DNA of 63,992 nucleotides, counting the filler, from Conidiobolus incongruus B7586 (taxonomy: Eukaryota), in assembly GCA_000697335.1 (NCBI GenBank). It is 6 parts of 6 records of this genome, joined end to end, with 100 filler letters (N's around TTAATTAATTAA, not from the genome) between each part and the next. Parts side by side here need not be neighbours in the genome. Positions count along the whole stretch, not along the records: positions 1 to 21,083 come from JNEM01006106.1; 5 more parts are not named here. One strand, given 5' to 3'. The notes under the pieces were generated by a model. The model was not told where the DNA came from. It ran no database searches and saw only the letters and a list, made by a program, of their open reading frames with translations. Below, piece after piece: positions 1 through 11,948 of this stretch. The position numbers and the translations under genes are program-made. How positions within the stretch are numbered: the stretch's first letter is position 1; every line of letters begins with the position of its first letter.

Positions 1-1240
1 ATATTTAAATGATTTCTTTAATTTACTTATATATCATTTAATAATTATATAATTATATAAATATTTAATAATGTATATCAATCTATAATAATATAATATT
101 GATATAAAACATATTTTATCATTATCTTAATAAAAAAGATATTTTTAATAATAATTTAAATCAAAAATTAAGCATTAATTTATCCCATTTTACCTATAAT
201 TATAATAATATATAGACTATAATAATAAATAATTTAATAAGCTCTATAAATTACTAATATTATATTAAAAATTTTGAAATATTAATTGATAATATTAAAA
301 TTATATTAAGGAAGCTTTAAATTTTTTTAAATAATAGTGATTATTGATGGTATAAAATAATAATAAAATTCAAATCAAAGAAAAATGATTTAAATTGATT
401 TAATCAAGGATATTTAATAAAATCAAATTGGATTGTAACATAAATTTTAGCATATAAAATACATAATTAAATATTATAAAGAATTAGATATTTAATCTCA
501 ATAAAACTTGTTCTTATAATTGAAGTCAAAACAAAAACATAAATATTTTTAATAAACTAAAGAAGATAATAATATATTTAGTTTTGTATTGTTTGAAACT
601 AAATACTAGAGTGAAATAATATCCAAGTATCTGTATTACAAGTGATATATATAAGCCATGATTTAATATTAATATAGGCATTCTCTGAACTTGCGGAAAA
701 TCCAGGAAAGACTTTGCATTAATTTCATCTTTCTATATAACCAATCATAATTATAATTAATACTCGATTGATCCAATAATTGGTTACATTATTATTAAAA
801 AAATAAATCAATGAATCAGATTAACAATCATTATCATAGATCATTAAATTGCCCATAATTGACATCTGCAAATATAGTAATGAAAAATTATTATCAAAAT
901 AAAGTATTAAGTTCAAAATTGTATTTATATTATAAGCTTGATGATTTGAAATAGATAAATTCTAAAAGTTAATATTTGTCATATAATTCATAAAATAATT
1001 AAAAAGAAAATAATTCAAAAAATTTGAAAAAAAATGAGGTAAATTAATTCAAATTAAGGAGAAAATCATAAGAAATTCTACTTGCAAAAATGAGAAAAAA
1101 TTAAATCATTTTTAATCAATTCAAAATCATCATCAATCCAAAAATTATAAATTTAAAAAATAAAGGAAGATTTGAATAATATTAATTCTTTACTTTATTA
1201 AATATCAAAAAATTATATAGTTTAATAAATAAGGTTCAAA

Positions 1241-2277
1241 ATGTCGAGTGCTTCTAACAATACTAATTCATCAAGCGCTGCTAACTCCCCTAACCCTACT
1301 GTTAATAATAATGCGAAAAATACTATTCAAGTTAAATTGGTTTTATTAGGTATTAATAATGAATTTTCAATCCTAAATTACTTTTATTAATAATTATTTG
1401 AATTTTAGGAGAAGCTGCGGTTGGTAAATCTAGTGTAGCTTTACGTTTCGTTAATAAAGAATTTCAAGAGAATAAAGAACCTACTATTGGAGGTAAATTA
1501 TTTTTGAAAATTTTAATTTTTTTTTAATTCTAATTTTAAATTTATTTTAGCTGCCTTTTTAACTCAAAAATCTCCAGTTGGCGATAAAACTATTAAATAT
1601 GAAATTTGGGATACTGCCGGTCAAGAACGTTTTCACTCTTTAGCTCCTATGTACTATCGTAACGCTCAAGCCGCTGTAGTCGTTTATGATATTACTAAAA
1701 AGGTAGGGATGATGAATTTTTTTATTATTTAGATTTTTAAAGTTAATTATCAATTTAGGCTACTTTGGACAAGGCTATCGCTTGGATAAAGGAATTACAA
1801 CGTCAAGCTAATGGAAATATTGTGATTGCCTTATGTGGTAACAAATTAGATTTGGCAGATGAAATACAAGAAAATGAAGGTGAAGTTGAAGAAGGCCAAG
1901 AAGGAGGCGAAACAACTACCGCTCGCCAAGTCGCCACACAGGTTGGTGAGGAATGTGCCCGCGAATTTGGACTTTTATTCTTTGAAACTAGTGCCAAGAG
2001 TGGTCAAGGCATCAATGAAATGTTTACTGAAATAGGTAAATATAACTGTGACTTTGGTTCTTTTCTAGTATGAACTAACTTTACTTTTGTAGCCAAAAAA
2101 TTGCCCTTAGACTCCATTATTTCTTCCAGAAACCCATACCGCCCCAACCAACTCAACAGTGGTAACGGAAGAATTGATTTGTTGCGTGAATCGGGAGGTG
2201 CCGATTCCTTGAACGGATCTCGCGGCGATCGCGCCAACACCAGCAATGGTGGATTCAACCGTGGCGGATGCTGTTAA
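1241..2277 (+). CDS. VPS21: Rab5-family small GTPase (Vps21/Ypt5-like), 5 exons: 1241-1349, 1409-1492, 1551-1702, 1759-2035, 2093-2277
   Basis: Spliced translation gives [56 protein letters not shown] and a C-terminal GGCC prenylation motif. All four introns are GT-AG. Confidence 0.93.
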
Positions 2278-2764
2278 AGCTTTGGACCAACTCTCCAATC
2301 ACCATACTAATCTTCTCTATTTGTTAAAATCTTTTAATATCAACAAGTTTTGATTGACAACATTGAAGTGTTGAATATATGCCTTCATTTGTGATTTTTA
2401 CTACTAATATAACTACCCCAATTTCAACACATATATATCTATTATCTAAGTTTTTGCATATATCTTTTTATTTCGTCAATATTAGATATATATCAACATT
2501 TCTATATCATTTTTTATAAAAATGATAATATTTCCTTTTAGTTTATATACAATAAATTTTCAAATTAATTTACAAAATTTACATCATTTATTCAAATATT
2601 TGTATGATGTTTGGCCATGTATATAAAATAAATATTTAAATTCCAAAATTTACATATTTATCGCCACTGTTATTCTTTACATTTTTATTTTTGATTTTGA
2701 TAGTAATTATTCATCATTGATCAGATCAACTTTTGAATTATCCAATTTATTATTAGTATAACAA

Positions 2765-2911
2765 AGCGCTCGGTTTGGTCTTCTTCATCCATGCGCTTAC
2801 AATTAAACTTGTCCAAAGTTGATCAAATATGATCACTCTTATTCAAGTCCTGGATAAAGTTCAGAGATCCCGAGGGGTAAGCTCCAACAGCAATCCTGGA
2901 AGACTGGCTCA
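2765..2911 (-). ncRNA. Putative omegaRNA / right-end region of a Fanzor2 element
   Basis: GC-elevated segment directly after the Fanzor2 stop codon, with stems CAGTCT/GGATTG, GGAT/ATCC, GATCA-TATT-TGATC and AAGCGC...GCGCTT. The position matches the known TnpB/Fanzor guide-RNA location. Boundaries are inferred. Confidence 0.55.
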
Positions 2912-4640
2912 ACTGACTGTTAGATAGCGAAGGAGTATATTTCTAGCGATATTGATATCTTGATCTATCTCTACATGGCATTAAGAATACTTGAAAGTCC
3001 TACTTGATCCAAGTTATATAAACAAATATCCGCAATTACAGCATGCTTTATTTGTGTGATTCTTGTTACAAATAATTATCTTTTACCAAAAAGGTATTCT
3101 CTTGCTTTGCTGAGTAAGCTTTAATTTAATTTTGAATAACCTCACTTTAACCTTACTCTCATGCATTCACTCCAAATATATTTAATAATTTTTCTCACTA
3201 TCTTTTCAGTCTCAAATTCAGGATTCAAACCAATGTGATATTTTTAGGCAATTGATTTGGTAAGTTACTTATGAGCCTTATTAAAATGTTTTTAATTTTC
3301 TTTTTGATTCCTTTAGTTGTTCTGGTTATTTTATAGTGCTATTTATAATAATTTTCCTTCTAAAACTATTTGAATTATAATTTATTAGAAATATAATACA
3401 CTTAATAAATTTTATTAATATATCTTTTTCTTTATTAAATAAACAAACCAAAAAAGAGTAACTTATCATAAAATTTAATTAATGGGATAATAAGCCAAAA
3501 TTCTTTCTTTCATTGTACTTTACTTATAAGCTTGGTTATTCCTTTTAATTCATTAGCATTAAAATAAAATGATAGGATACACTGTGTAATAAGGACAAGG
3601 TATTATTATTGTTTAATTTATTAGTAGGGAAAGCTAGTATTGATTAACATTATTTAAATTTTCTTTTTATCCAAATATTGAGTAATTATATAATTTATAA
3701 AAACTATTTTTTATGTTTATTAAAGATTTTTATAAAAGAATAACCAAGTTTATTAAAATGAACATAGGATTTAATAATAAATTAAAGATAGTATTAAAGG
3801 TTTAAATATTTGATAGTGAATACATCAAACTAAGGATACAAGGCGTTATAATAATTGAATAGAGTATAATTGAGATAAATAAATTGAATATATTACAATT
3901 AACATTTACACCAAGCCTTGTCCTATGAAGGAGGCAAATATAATCATATTTTTCTGGAAATGGTTCTGCTACTTAGATTAGGTTATTATTAAGAAAAATA
4001 ACATGGAAAATATTTGATTTCTTTCAATATATTAGAGTGAATAATTATTAATTTTGATATCCTACTTTCTTTTTGTATTTAATTTTGACTGCTTTTATAC
4101 AATAAAATTAATTTTATATATTTTTGATAAATTATTAAAACTTGATCTGAAATATCAGAGGAAGTTAATATATATATTCGTTAATATTATAGATATAATT
4201 TGAAGTTAAATATTATCTTATCATTCTTATGAAATGTGAAATATAATATTTTTTATTTTTAATAAGAGATAGATAATGTTTTTCTTTTTGTCCCAAACAA
4301 TTATATCAATATTTTTCTTTTTTAACAGTTTAATAAAATTTAGATTCACTTTGTTCTTTTAATATTAATTATTAATTGTGTATTATATGCTTTATTTATT
4401 ACTTAGTTTTACCTAATATTGCCTCCCTTTGGTTGTCATAAAACAATTCTAATTTATAAAAAATTATTTTTTGGTTCATTTATTAAGTTATGTATGTAAT
4501 GTTTTGATTAAATATAATAATTCCATATTATTTTTTGAAGATCAATCCAGAGAGCTTAATTAATAATAGAAAACTAGTTTTTATCGGTAATGACAATATC
4601 AGAGATAATTTATTTGTATACCCAATATAATAATATTCAA
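2909..4640 (-). pseudogene. Decayed Fanzor2 (IS607 TnpB-like RuvC nuclease) gene with a ~330-bp interruption at ~3582-3909
   Basis: Collinear minus-strand motifs across frameshifts: KRTK*I*IL, I*LFGTKR, TSSDISDQ.FNNLSKIYKINF, IIIHS, AEPFPEKYDYICLLHRTRLG, ILAYYPIN*..FMISY (RuvC-I), KKKIKNI..KAHK*LTK, YHIGLNPEFETEKIVRK (RuvC-II), K*GYSKLN*SLLSKAREY, IIICNKNHTNKACCNCGY..LGSSRTFKYS*CHVEIDQDINIARNILLRYLT (Zn finger + RuvC-III). Confidence 0.88.
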
Positions 4641-4649
4641 AATATATAA

Positions 4650-5110
4650 TATTTGTTATTTAGTTTTAATTTGATATTTATGAATATTTTTAAGCAGAAT
4701 TAAATTTAAATTTCCCAGTCTTGTTTTTAGCATTTGAAATGACTCTTGCTTAATATGTCTCGTTTTTTTTTCGTAAATTGAATCAAGTGTTATATAATAT
4801 GAAAAATAAAACAAAGCCAAAATCCAGCTAAAGTTCATAGGACTTTAATATTTTCAGCTTTATCCCAATATCTAAGATTTTTATTAATATTCATATTTGG
4901 GGTTATATTTTGGATGCAGAAACATCGTCAGAATTATTTTATACAAATAATAGTGATATTGTGATTAGTGTTATAAAGTTTGTAATTAAATACTTGATAA
5001 AATGATATTTGAATATCTGTATTACAAATGAAATTTTGCCTAAACCCTTATTAAATATTGATAGGTATACTTAAACTCAAAGAGAATTCTGAAAATATTC
5101 CAGGTCAAAT
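4650..5110 (-). pseudogene. Decayed fragment of an unidentified multi-copy sequence, paralogous to ~570-720
   Basis: Shares TAAATACT.GA...TATCTGTATTACAA.TGA...GAAAAT..CCAGG with 570-720. The minus frame reads ...FICNTDIQI...NKNLRYWDKAENIKVL* with scattered stops. Confidence 0.35.
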
Positions 5111-6668
5111 TTAATAAATTTTTGACAATACTATTATACTTCCTGAGTAATATCTTTAGTTAATTTTTATAGATTTTCATTTGAGTAATATACATATTAT
5201 TGAAATTCAATTATTTATTATATACAAACTAGGTATAAATTAAATATAATTACTGATGTAATTGAATCATTATTTAAAATTAATTGATTTTGATATATTT
5301 GTTGATATTACATTTAATATAATAATTAATTATTATTCTTTCTAATTATAATTATTTACTCTTTTTTATATTTGACAAACAACATATCTATGTTTAATAT
5401 ATTTTGACATTGATCAATTATACTATATATTCAGTGGAGTTAATCAAATATGCATGTTTAGAAATAATTATGTAAAATGCTATTTATCAGTTGATTTAAT
5501 ACAAACATGTAATATGTAATAATTATCATTTATAGTTATAATCGATAATAAAATTTGATAGTTAAAAATCTATACGTCTACAAGTATTACAACATTTAAA
5601 AAGTTTATTCAAATACTAAAATAGTTAGAAATCTTTCATTGTTATATGTATAAAGCTAATGTTATTTAAAACTCTTTAGTTATATTTGAATGGGGCTATG
5701 ATATGATTTGGTTGGAAAAAAAGTCAAATAGTATTATAGAATCAAATATATTAAATTACAATAATCATAAATTTATTATAATATATTTATATACGCAAAA
5801 ATTTCAATATATTTATGATTTTGTTATTCATCATAGCTTCAATTCAAATAAAACTGTCTTATAAATTAGTTTGAAGGGTGTGGCTCTTGTTCTATGTAGC
5901 TACTATCCTTAAATCTCGTAATAGGCAAAATATATTTAAATTTTTTGATTTTTGAAGTATTATGGATTTGATATTTAGCTTGAAATAAAATATGATCCAT
6001 ATTCTTTTCTATATGTTTCTTAACAATTGTCATATTTGTTTTTAAAAGTTCATCCAAAATCAACATGTATAAGGTTATATAAATCTGAAAATTTTTGAAC
6101 TAAAAATTTATTTGATTACATTTAGAATTAATTATAATTTCAAAGATAACGAAATTATTTTTATAACCGAATTAGGTAATGGTATCATTTACATTAAAAT
6201 TGAATCAATCGACTATTTTAAATATATGAATCAGCAGTATTAAAATCTATAATGTTATAAATAGAAAAGATTAATAAAATATTTTAAAGTCTATATAAAT
6301 TCCGAGAATCAAATAGAAAAATATAATGTTTTAATGAATTGATAAAACGATTTTAAAAGCATGATAAATTATTAATATATCAAGCTTCAAAAATCAAAAT
6401 TTACTAAATTTACAACTCATCAACTAAATTAAGATCAATAGCCAATCATCGGGAAGAGTTACACTGATTTAAACTAAATGGATGATTTAAATTGATTGGT
6501 TCATTGTTCCCAATTCCTTAAAATATAAATTAAAGGGTATCCAGTCTTTATTTTCAAAATTGTGACATTATTAAAAATTTTTATTAACACAATTTTTAAT
6601 TATACAACTTACTAAAGACTGTTAAAGTACTTTAATATCCATTTTTGAACTTGAATTTGTTTTGAAAG

Positions 6669-8947
6669 ATGCCACCTAAAATTTCTAAATTGACCGATTT
6701 TTTACCAAATCAGAAGAAAACTATTGTAATTTCATAAAAAATTGAGTTTTGATAAAATTTTAATGCGATTGATAATTAGGTCAATGATAAATTAAAGAAT
6801 ACCTGCGATAACGAAATATCAAAAATTGGAGTGCCTATTAATTTAGATCATAAGGTAATCCTTTCAACTTTGTTTGGTTATATTTATCTCATGTTTTTTT
6901 CTCAGATTACTTCAACCGAAACTCTTGAAACTAACACCGTCGAAAAGCATAAAAATCAGTTAGAACTTCCAGTGTTGAGTCCAAAAAGAATTAGAACGTA
7001 ATGATATTATTCACTTTATTAAGCTTTTGCTAATAATTGTTAGTACTAGAACTCCTATTCCATTGAAAGCTAATGATAATGATCAGTTGAAACAAACCAG
7101 AATGAATGAGTATATTTTGAAAACGCCACAAAAGCAACCAATTAGTCCCAATCAAGTTAAAGTAAATGAGAATATTGTGGGTGATTCTCAAGAATCGGAA
7201 CTTAAGGTCAATGATAAGATCAATACTCAAGATAATCAGTAATTATATTTTTATTTATCATTCGTGATATATTTCTTATATAATATTATAGATCAACCGA
7301 TTCCGACTTTAATGAAACTGCTGAAGTCAAGTAAGTTGAATTATAAATATTTGATAATTAATCAAACTAATTCATATTCTAGACCTATTCCTGCATATAT
7401 CAAATATGCTCATTTATTAAATGATAAACCAATTCATAGAAGATATGAAGAGTAATTAACTCAAGATCATTTATATTCAAATACACTAACTAATAATTAG
7501 TGATGCATCACTCAGCAAAGTGACACCACCCCAACTTATCAGCGAAGGACCGAGAACCTTTTCAAGCACAATGCCAACCAAAAACACATTGCCAACCTTT
7601 CTAAAGTACAAGCATTTGACCAATTTAAAAGAAAAGAAAAGCTTGCCCAAACCATTCGAAATCCTCAAGCAAAATTTTAGTGCACTCAGCAATATTATCA
7701 TGTTCAATCAATCTAAGAATCAGAATGTCATTTTCCACAAAATTCAGAAAAGTGTTGAAATGATTTCTAAACACTCTTTCTCCGTGCTGCAGTTGGGTCA
7801 GCTCAAGTGGCTATTGGGAGATCATCTCATTTGCAAGCGTGTTGAGATTATTTATAAGGGTGAGAAAATCACCAGTTGGGAATTGAGTTTATTGGATCAT
7901 GCCAGTCAATCTGGAAACACTTGGACATCTAACCAGCCCTTTACTTCGCAAGTATCTACTGGACCTACTACAGGTCAATCTTTAGAATATTATTTAAAAG
8001 ATCGACTATTTAGCATCGTTAATGAATCTTATCAGGTATACTGTGAATACATTAGTATATCTTTCATATACTTATTAGAATTAATTAGGCTTTTTTAAAG
8101 AAAAATAATTTAACAGTTGAAAATGATAATGAATGGCATCCCAAATTTGATATCAATTCAGTGGATACTACCATTCCATCGCATCCAGAAATCAGTGGAA
8201 AGAAAGAAATCAACCCAACTATTCAGCCAAAGGTAATTCAACTATTCCTATTCTTTACTCTTTATTTAATCGAACTATTATTTGTTTAGGCTGAGGATTC
8301 GCCCTCCGATTTCCAAAAATTATTAAATTTAGCCAAATCATCTTCCAAATCCCAAATCAACTTAACTAGTAACGAAAATAAAAGCATGGCAACCAGTATT
8401 AAAGACAGGAAAGCAGCTTTATTGGAAAAAGTAATTCAAATCAATATTTATTTAATTACTAAATACTCATTAATTATGATAGATTCGAGCTAAACAAGCC
8501 AACAAGCAAAAAATACAAGAGAATTCATCAGGTGGTCTAAGTTCCAAAAAGATCATGATGATTGATCAATTATTAAATTTGATAAATTCTATTTATCTGT
8601 AAGTGTACCTTATTTGGTTTAATTGACTGAATATTAATAATATATTTAGTATTTTCCAAAATACTAAAGGAAGTCCTATCATGTTGGATAAGGTCGTCGA
8701 CAAATTGGTATCCACTCAGAATTGTAGACTGAACCAAGGTAAATTATATCATTCACCAAATTTAAACACTCATTAACCTTATTTAGTTGAAATGGTTGAA
8801 CATCTACGACTCTTGAAGGAATTGGTACCCGATTTCTGTACCATTGAACCTGTAATTCACTCCAATTCGGAAATTATGAAATTGAATTTAACTGTTGAGT
8901 TGAAGAAAGTTAAATTCACATTAAGTAACTATAAATCTAATTTTTAA
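6669..8947 (+). CDS. CDT1: DNA replication licensing factor Cdt1, multi-exon (5' exon structure approximate)
   Basis: LPKPFEILKQNFSALSNIIMFNQSKNQNVIFHKIQKSVEMISKHSFSVLQLGQLK resembles the Cdt1 middle winged-helix domain. A spliced RKAALLEK|IRAKQ matches the conserved LLERIRAKE motif. Ends ...TLSNYKSNF*. Confidence 0.8.
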
Positions 8948-9475
8948 TTAATTATATATATTTGACAATAAACGGTATAAGTATCATATGTTATTTAAAT
9001 TTACCAAATAATTTGGTTAATTTTAGCATTATATAAAATTATGTGATTCAATTATTATTGATTATTCTTAAATGATGAGCAATAACCAAAATTAAAATTA
9101 CTTGAGATTTTATAATTCAAATGTTAAAATCATATTATTATCATGCTTTTTTTAGTGTAATAATATTTAAATAAACTATGAAAATTAATCACAATATTAT
9201 TCTATGTATGAAGTGATATATTAATTTGATCTAATTATTAACTAACTAACAAAGTTTATAATATTATGCTTAATAATAAATCTACAAAAGTATACAATGA
9301 TTCCTTTTAATAAACACCATTTGATAAATTGTGAAATTGTTGACCTTATAATAAAATTAATTAAAAGACATGCCAAATATTGAATAGTATATAATAGAAA
9401 ATCAAACTAAACATATAAAGGTTAAAAATGTGCATTTTATAATGATTCAAATGATATTAATATAATATTGAAAAT

Positions 9476-10928
9476 TTAATTAATTTTAGCATGGATACTT
9501 TTAGGTCCCAACTTATTATAGTCGAATTTGTTAACGTAATTTTTATAATCGTTAAAAGTTCCCTAATCCTAAATGAATCACTGATAATATAAATACATAA
9601 ATTAAGAATTACCTTAGCAGCTATCATCCCACCCAGCAGAGCCATCAAATGTCTCTGACCCTTGTAGTTCGAAAAATATTCCGGCATTTTGACGAATGCT
9701 ACTTTATTAATCTGTGTATATCCAGCATTTGCACTCAAATTCAAGAATGGTTGAAGATTCTGTTCCAATTGCTCTGCAAATCCTAAATATTGAATTAATA
9801 AATAACATGAAATTGGTGAGAATTAGTAAAGTACCTGGTAAATTGGACAAAACACCACTGAAAGTGATATTATCCGTTAATAGGGATCTTCTCTCATGAT
9901 CCAACTTTTGTAAACAGTTGTAAATGGAATGCTGAAGGGTTAATGATCTCTCTGGATGAATTCCATCCTTGAACAGAACATCCCAGAGATGATTCATAAT
10001 CTCTTCATTGAGAGTAAACTTGACCCCCTCATACTCGAATTCTTTCGGCTTGTCCTTGGCCCCTTCCTCCTCAGTTTCGGTATCATTGAAACTGGGTAGG
10101 ACAGTATCTCTAAAATATTCTATAAATTGGGCATTTAATTTGTCCCCTAAGAGATTCTTCAAATCTGCATCGGATTGAAGCAAATTGAGCCAGTAAGCTT
10201 CAATATCGCGAGTTCCTACATCCAAATCAACGATATTATGCTCGGGTAAGGTATTATCCATAATGGGATTGATATGGGTAGTTTTTTCGCCAACATCGAT
10301 GACCAAACCACTGACGCACCCGTGGCCGTACAGTGTCGACAGGGGTCTGTTAATAACGTAGAGTCCTGGAGTATTGAGAGATTCGAAACAGAATTGGGTA
10401 ATGTATTCCAATTGATCTTTCGAAAGTTTGGGAGGTAATAATAACATCATTGCACTGATATTATTTGCTAAATTAATTTTCATTAATTTGACAACTATTA
10501 AATATCTAATCAAATATCATCAGTTAAAATATCAATTATAAAGGTTAAAACAGTTACAGAAATAGTTTGAATTCTTCCAAATGGGACAATTTGTTAAATT
10601 CCAAAGGATTAATTAACTTATATTTCGTTTGGTCGATTGTCTTCAATGCATCTCCGATCACTCCCATATCGTAAGTTGTTAAATCTTCATAATTAACTAA
10701 TCCGATCTCGCCATCAGTTTGATTATCATTGTTAGGTACTGCTACGCAACATGGAATACTCTACAAATAGAATAATATTAAATATATTTATATAGATGAC
10801 TATTAACAATATAAAATTACATAGTTGGGTAATACATTCACATCGTTAATCCCCAATTTAATTCTAACTAAATTTGTGTCAAAATCGATAACTAAAACTT
10901 GTTCATCGTTAATTAAATTGGACGACAT
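9476..10928 (-). CDS. ARP9: Nuclear actin-related protein, Arp9-like (SWI/SNF, RSC), multi-exon
   Basis: Actin-fold motifs VLVIDFD, FESLNTPGLY, YGHGCVSGLVIDVG and NITFSG. Arp9-type C-terminus KMPEYFSNYK...LLGGMIAAK, with last exon ...DYNKLGPKSIHAKIN*. Confidence 0.8.
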
Positions 10929-11948
10929 AATTGCTTGGACAATTTAATTATTGTTATTTGATTTATTAGATGTGACGATTTCGCAAAGCAATTGATTGTT
11001 ATTTATGTTCTAATAGTTTAGAATTGGATTTATGGGATAATTCTCACATATTAATATTCATTATTTCAATGATATTAGAAAGTTAAATTTCGTTTTTATA
11101 TATTATTATAATTTATAATCTGCTTATTTTAAATATTATAACTATATGTTATCTTCACAAAAGTAATATATATTTATTCTTTCTATTTTTTATAAATGAT
11201 TTTACCATATTCTACCTAACTTGATAATTCTTTTAACTGATAACAAAGTCAATTTAATCGGTTTAATAATTTATACCCACCATTAACACATTTATTTCAC
11301 TATATTATAAAGAATATGTCATATTAATATATATGTATCAAGCAAAGCAATAAATTAAATTATGTATAACTATTAAATAATATTAATTAATATAAATAAT
11401 CAATAATTGGATTATAGGTTAAATCATTAAATATTTCAATTCAATTTGAATTATTTAGATATTGGGCAAAATATTTCCAAAAGTTAATATCTAATCATAT
11501 TTAATATATATTAAATTAATCCATTACTTACAAAAATTCAATTGATATTAATAATATTATTTCCATTCAATATTAATTACTAGTAATCATTTTCCCAACT
11601 TAACACTAATCAAACCAATTTTCAGGTTACAAATAATATAAAATTAGGTATTAATTATTGAAACGTAGTTTATATCAATTAACTAACTCAATTAACCTAA
11701 AAATGAAAAATATTAAAAGATTTAGCCAAATTCAATTAAGTAAAATCAAAGTTTGCAATTTAATTTTAAAATTTTTAGTTGAACATTTAGTACATTGTTT
11801 GAAATTTTGTCAAACATTTTAATTGCATGAAATCCTATTTAAAGTTTTTATAGATATATATACGTGATATATACTGATAGTAATGATTTCAATAATTGTA
11901 TATTTCGTTTCTTTAGAATTATTTTAATTAATATTTAGATTCGCTAGA

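Noticed and set aside
1..430. Extremely AT-rich start of the window, with a faint LSHFTY resemblance to a Tc1/mariner LPHPxYS motif
   Set aside because: Too degraded to support a family call by eye.
4656..4838. Possible IS607 TnpA (serine recombinase) upstream of the Fanzor2 relic
   Set aside because: No YARVS or DRLxR motifs are recoverable. The segment reads better as part of the decayed repeat that is also present at 570-720.
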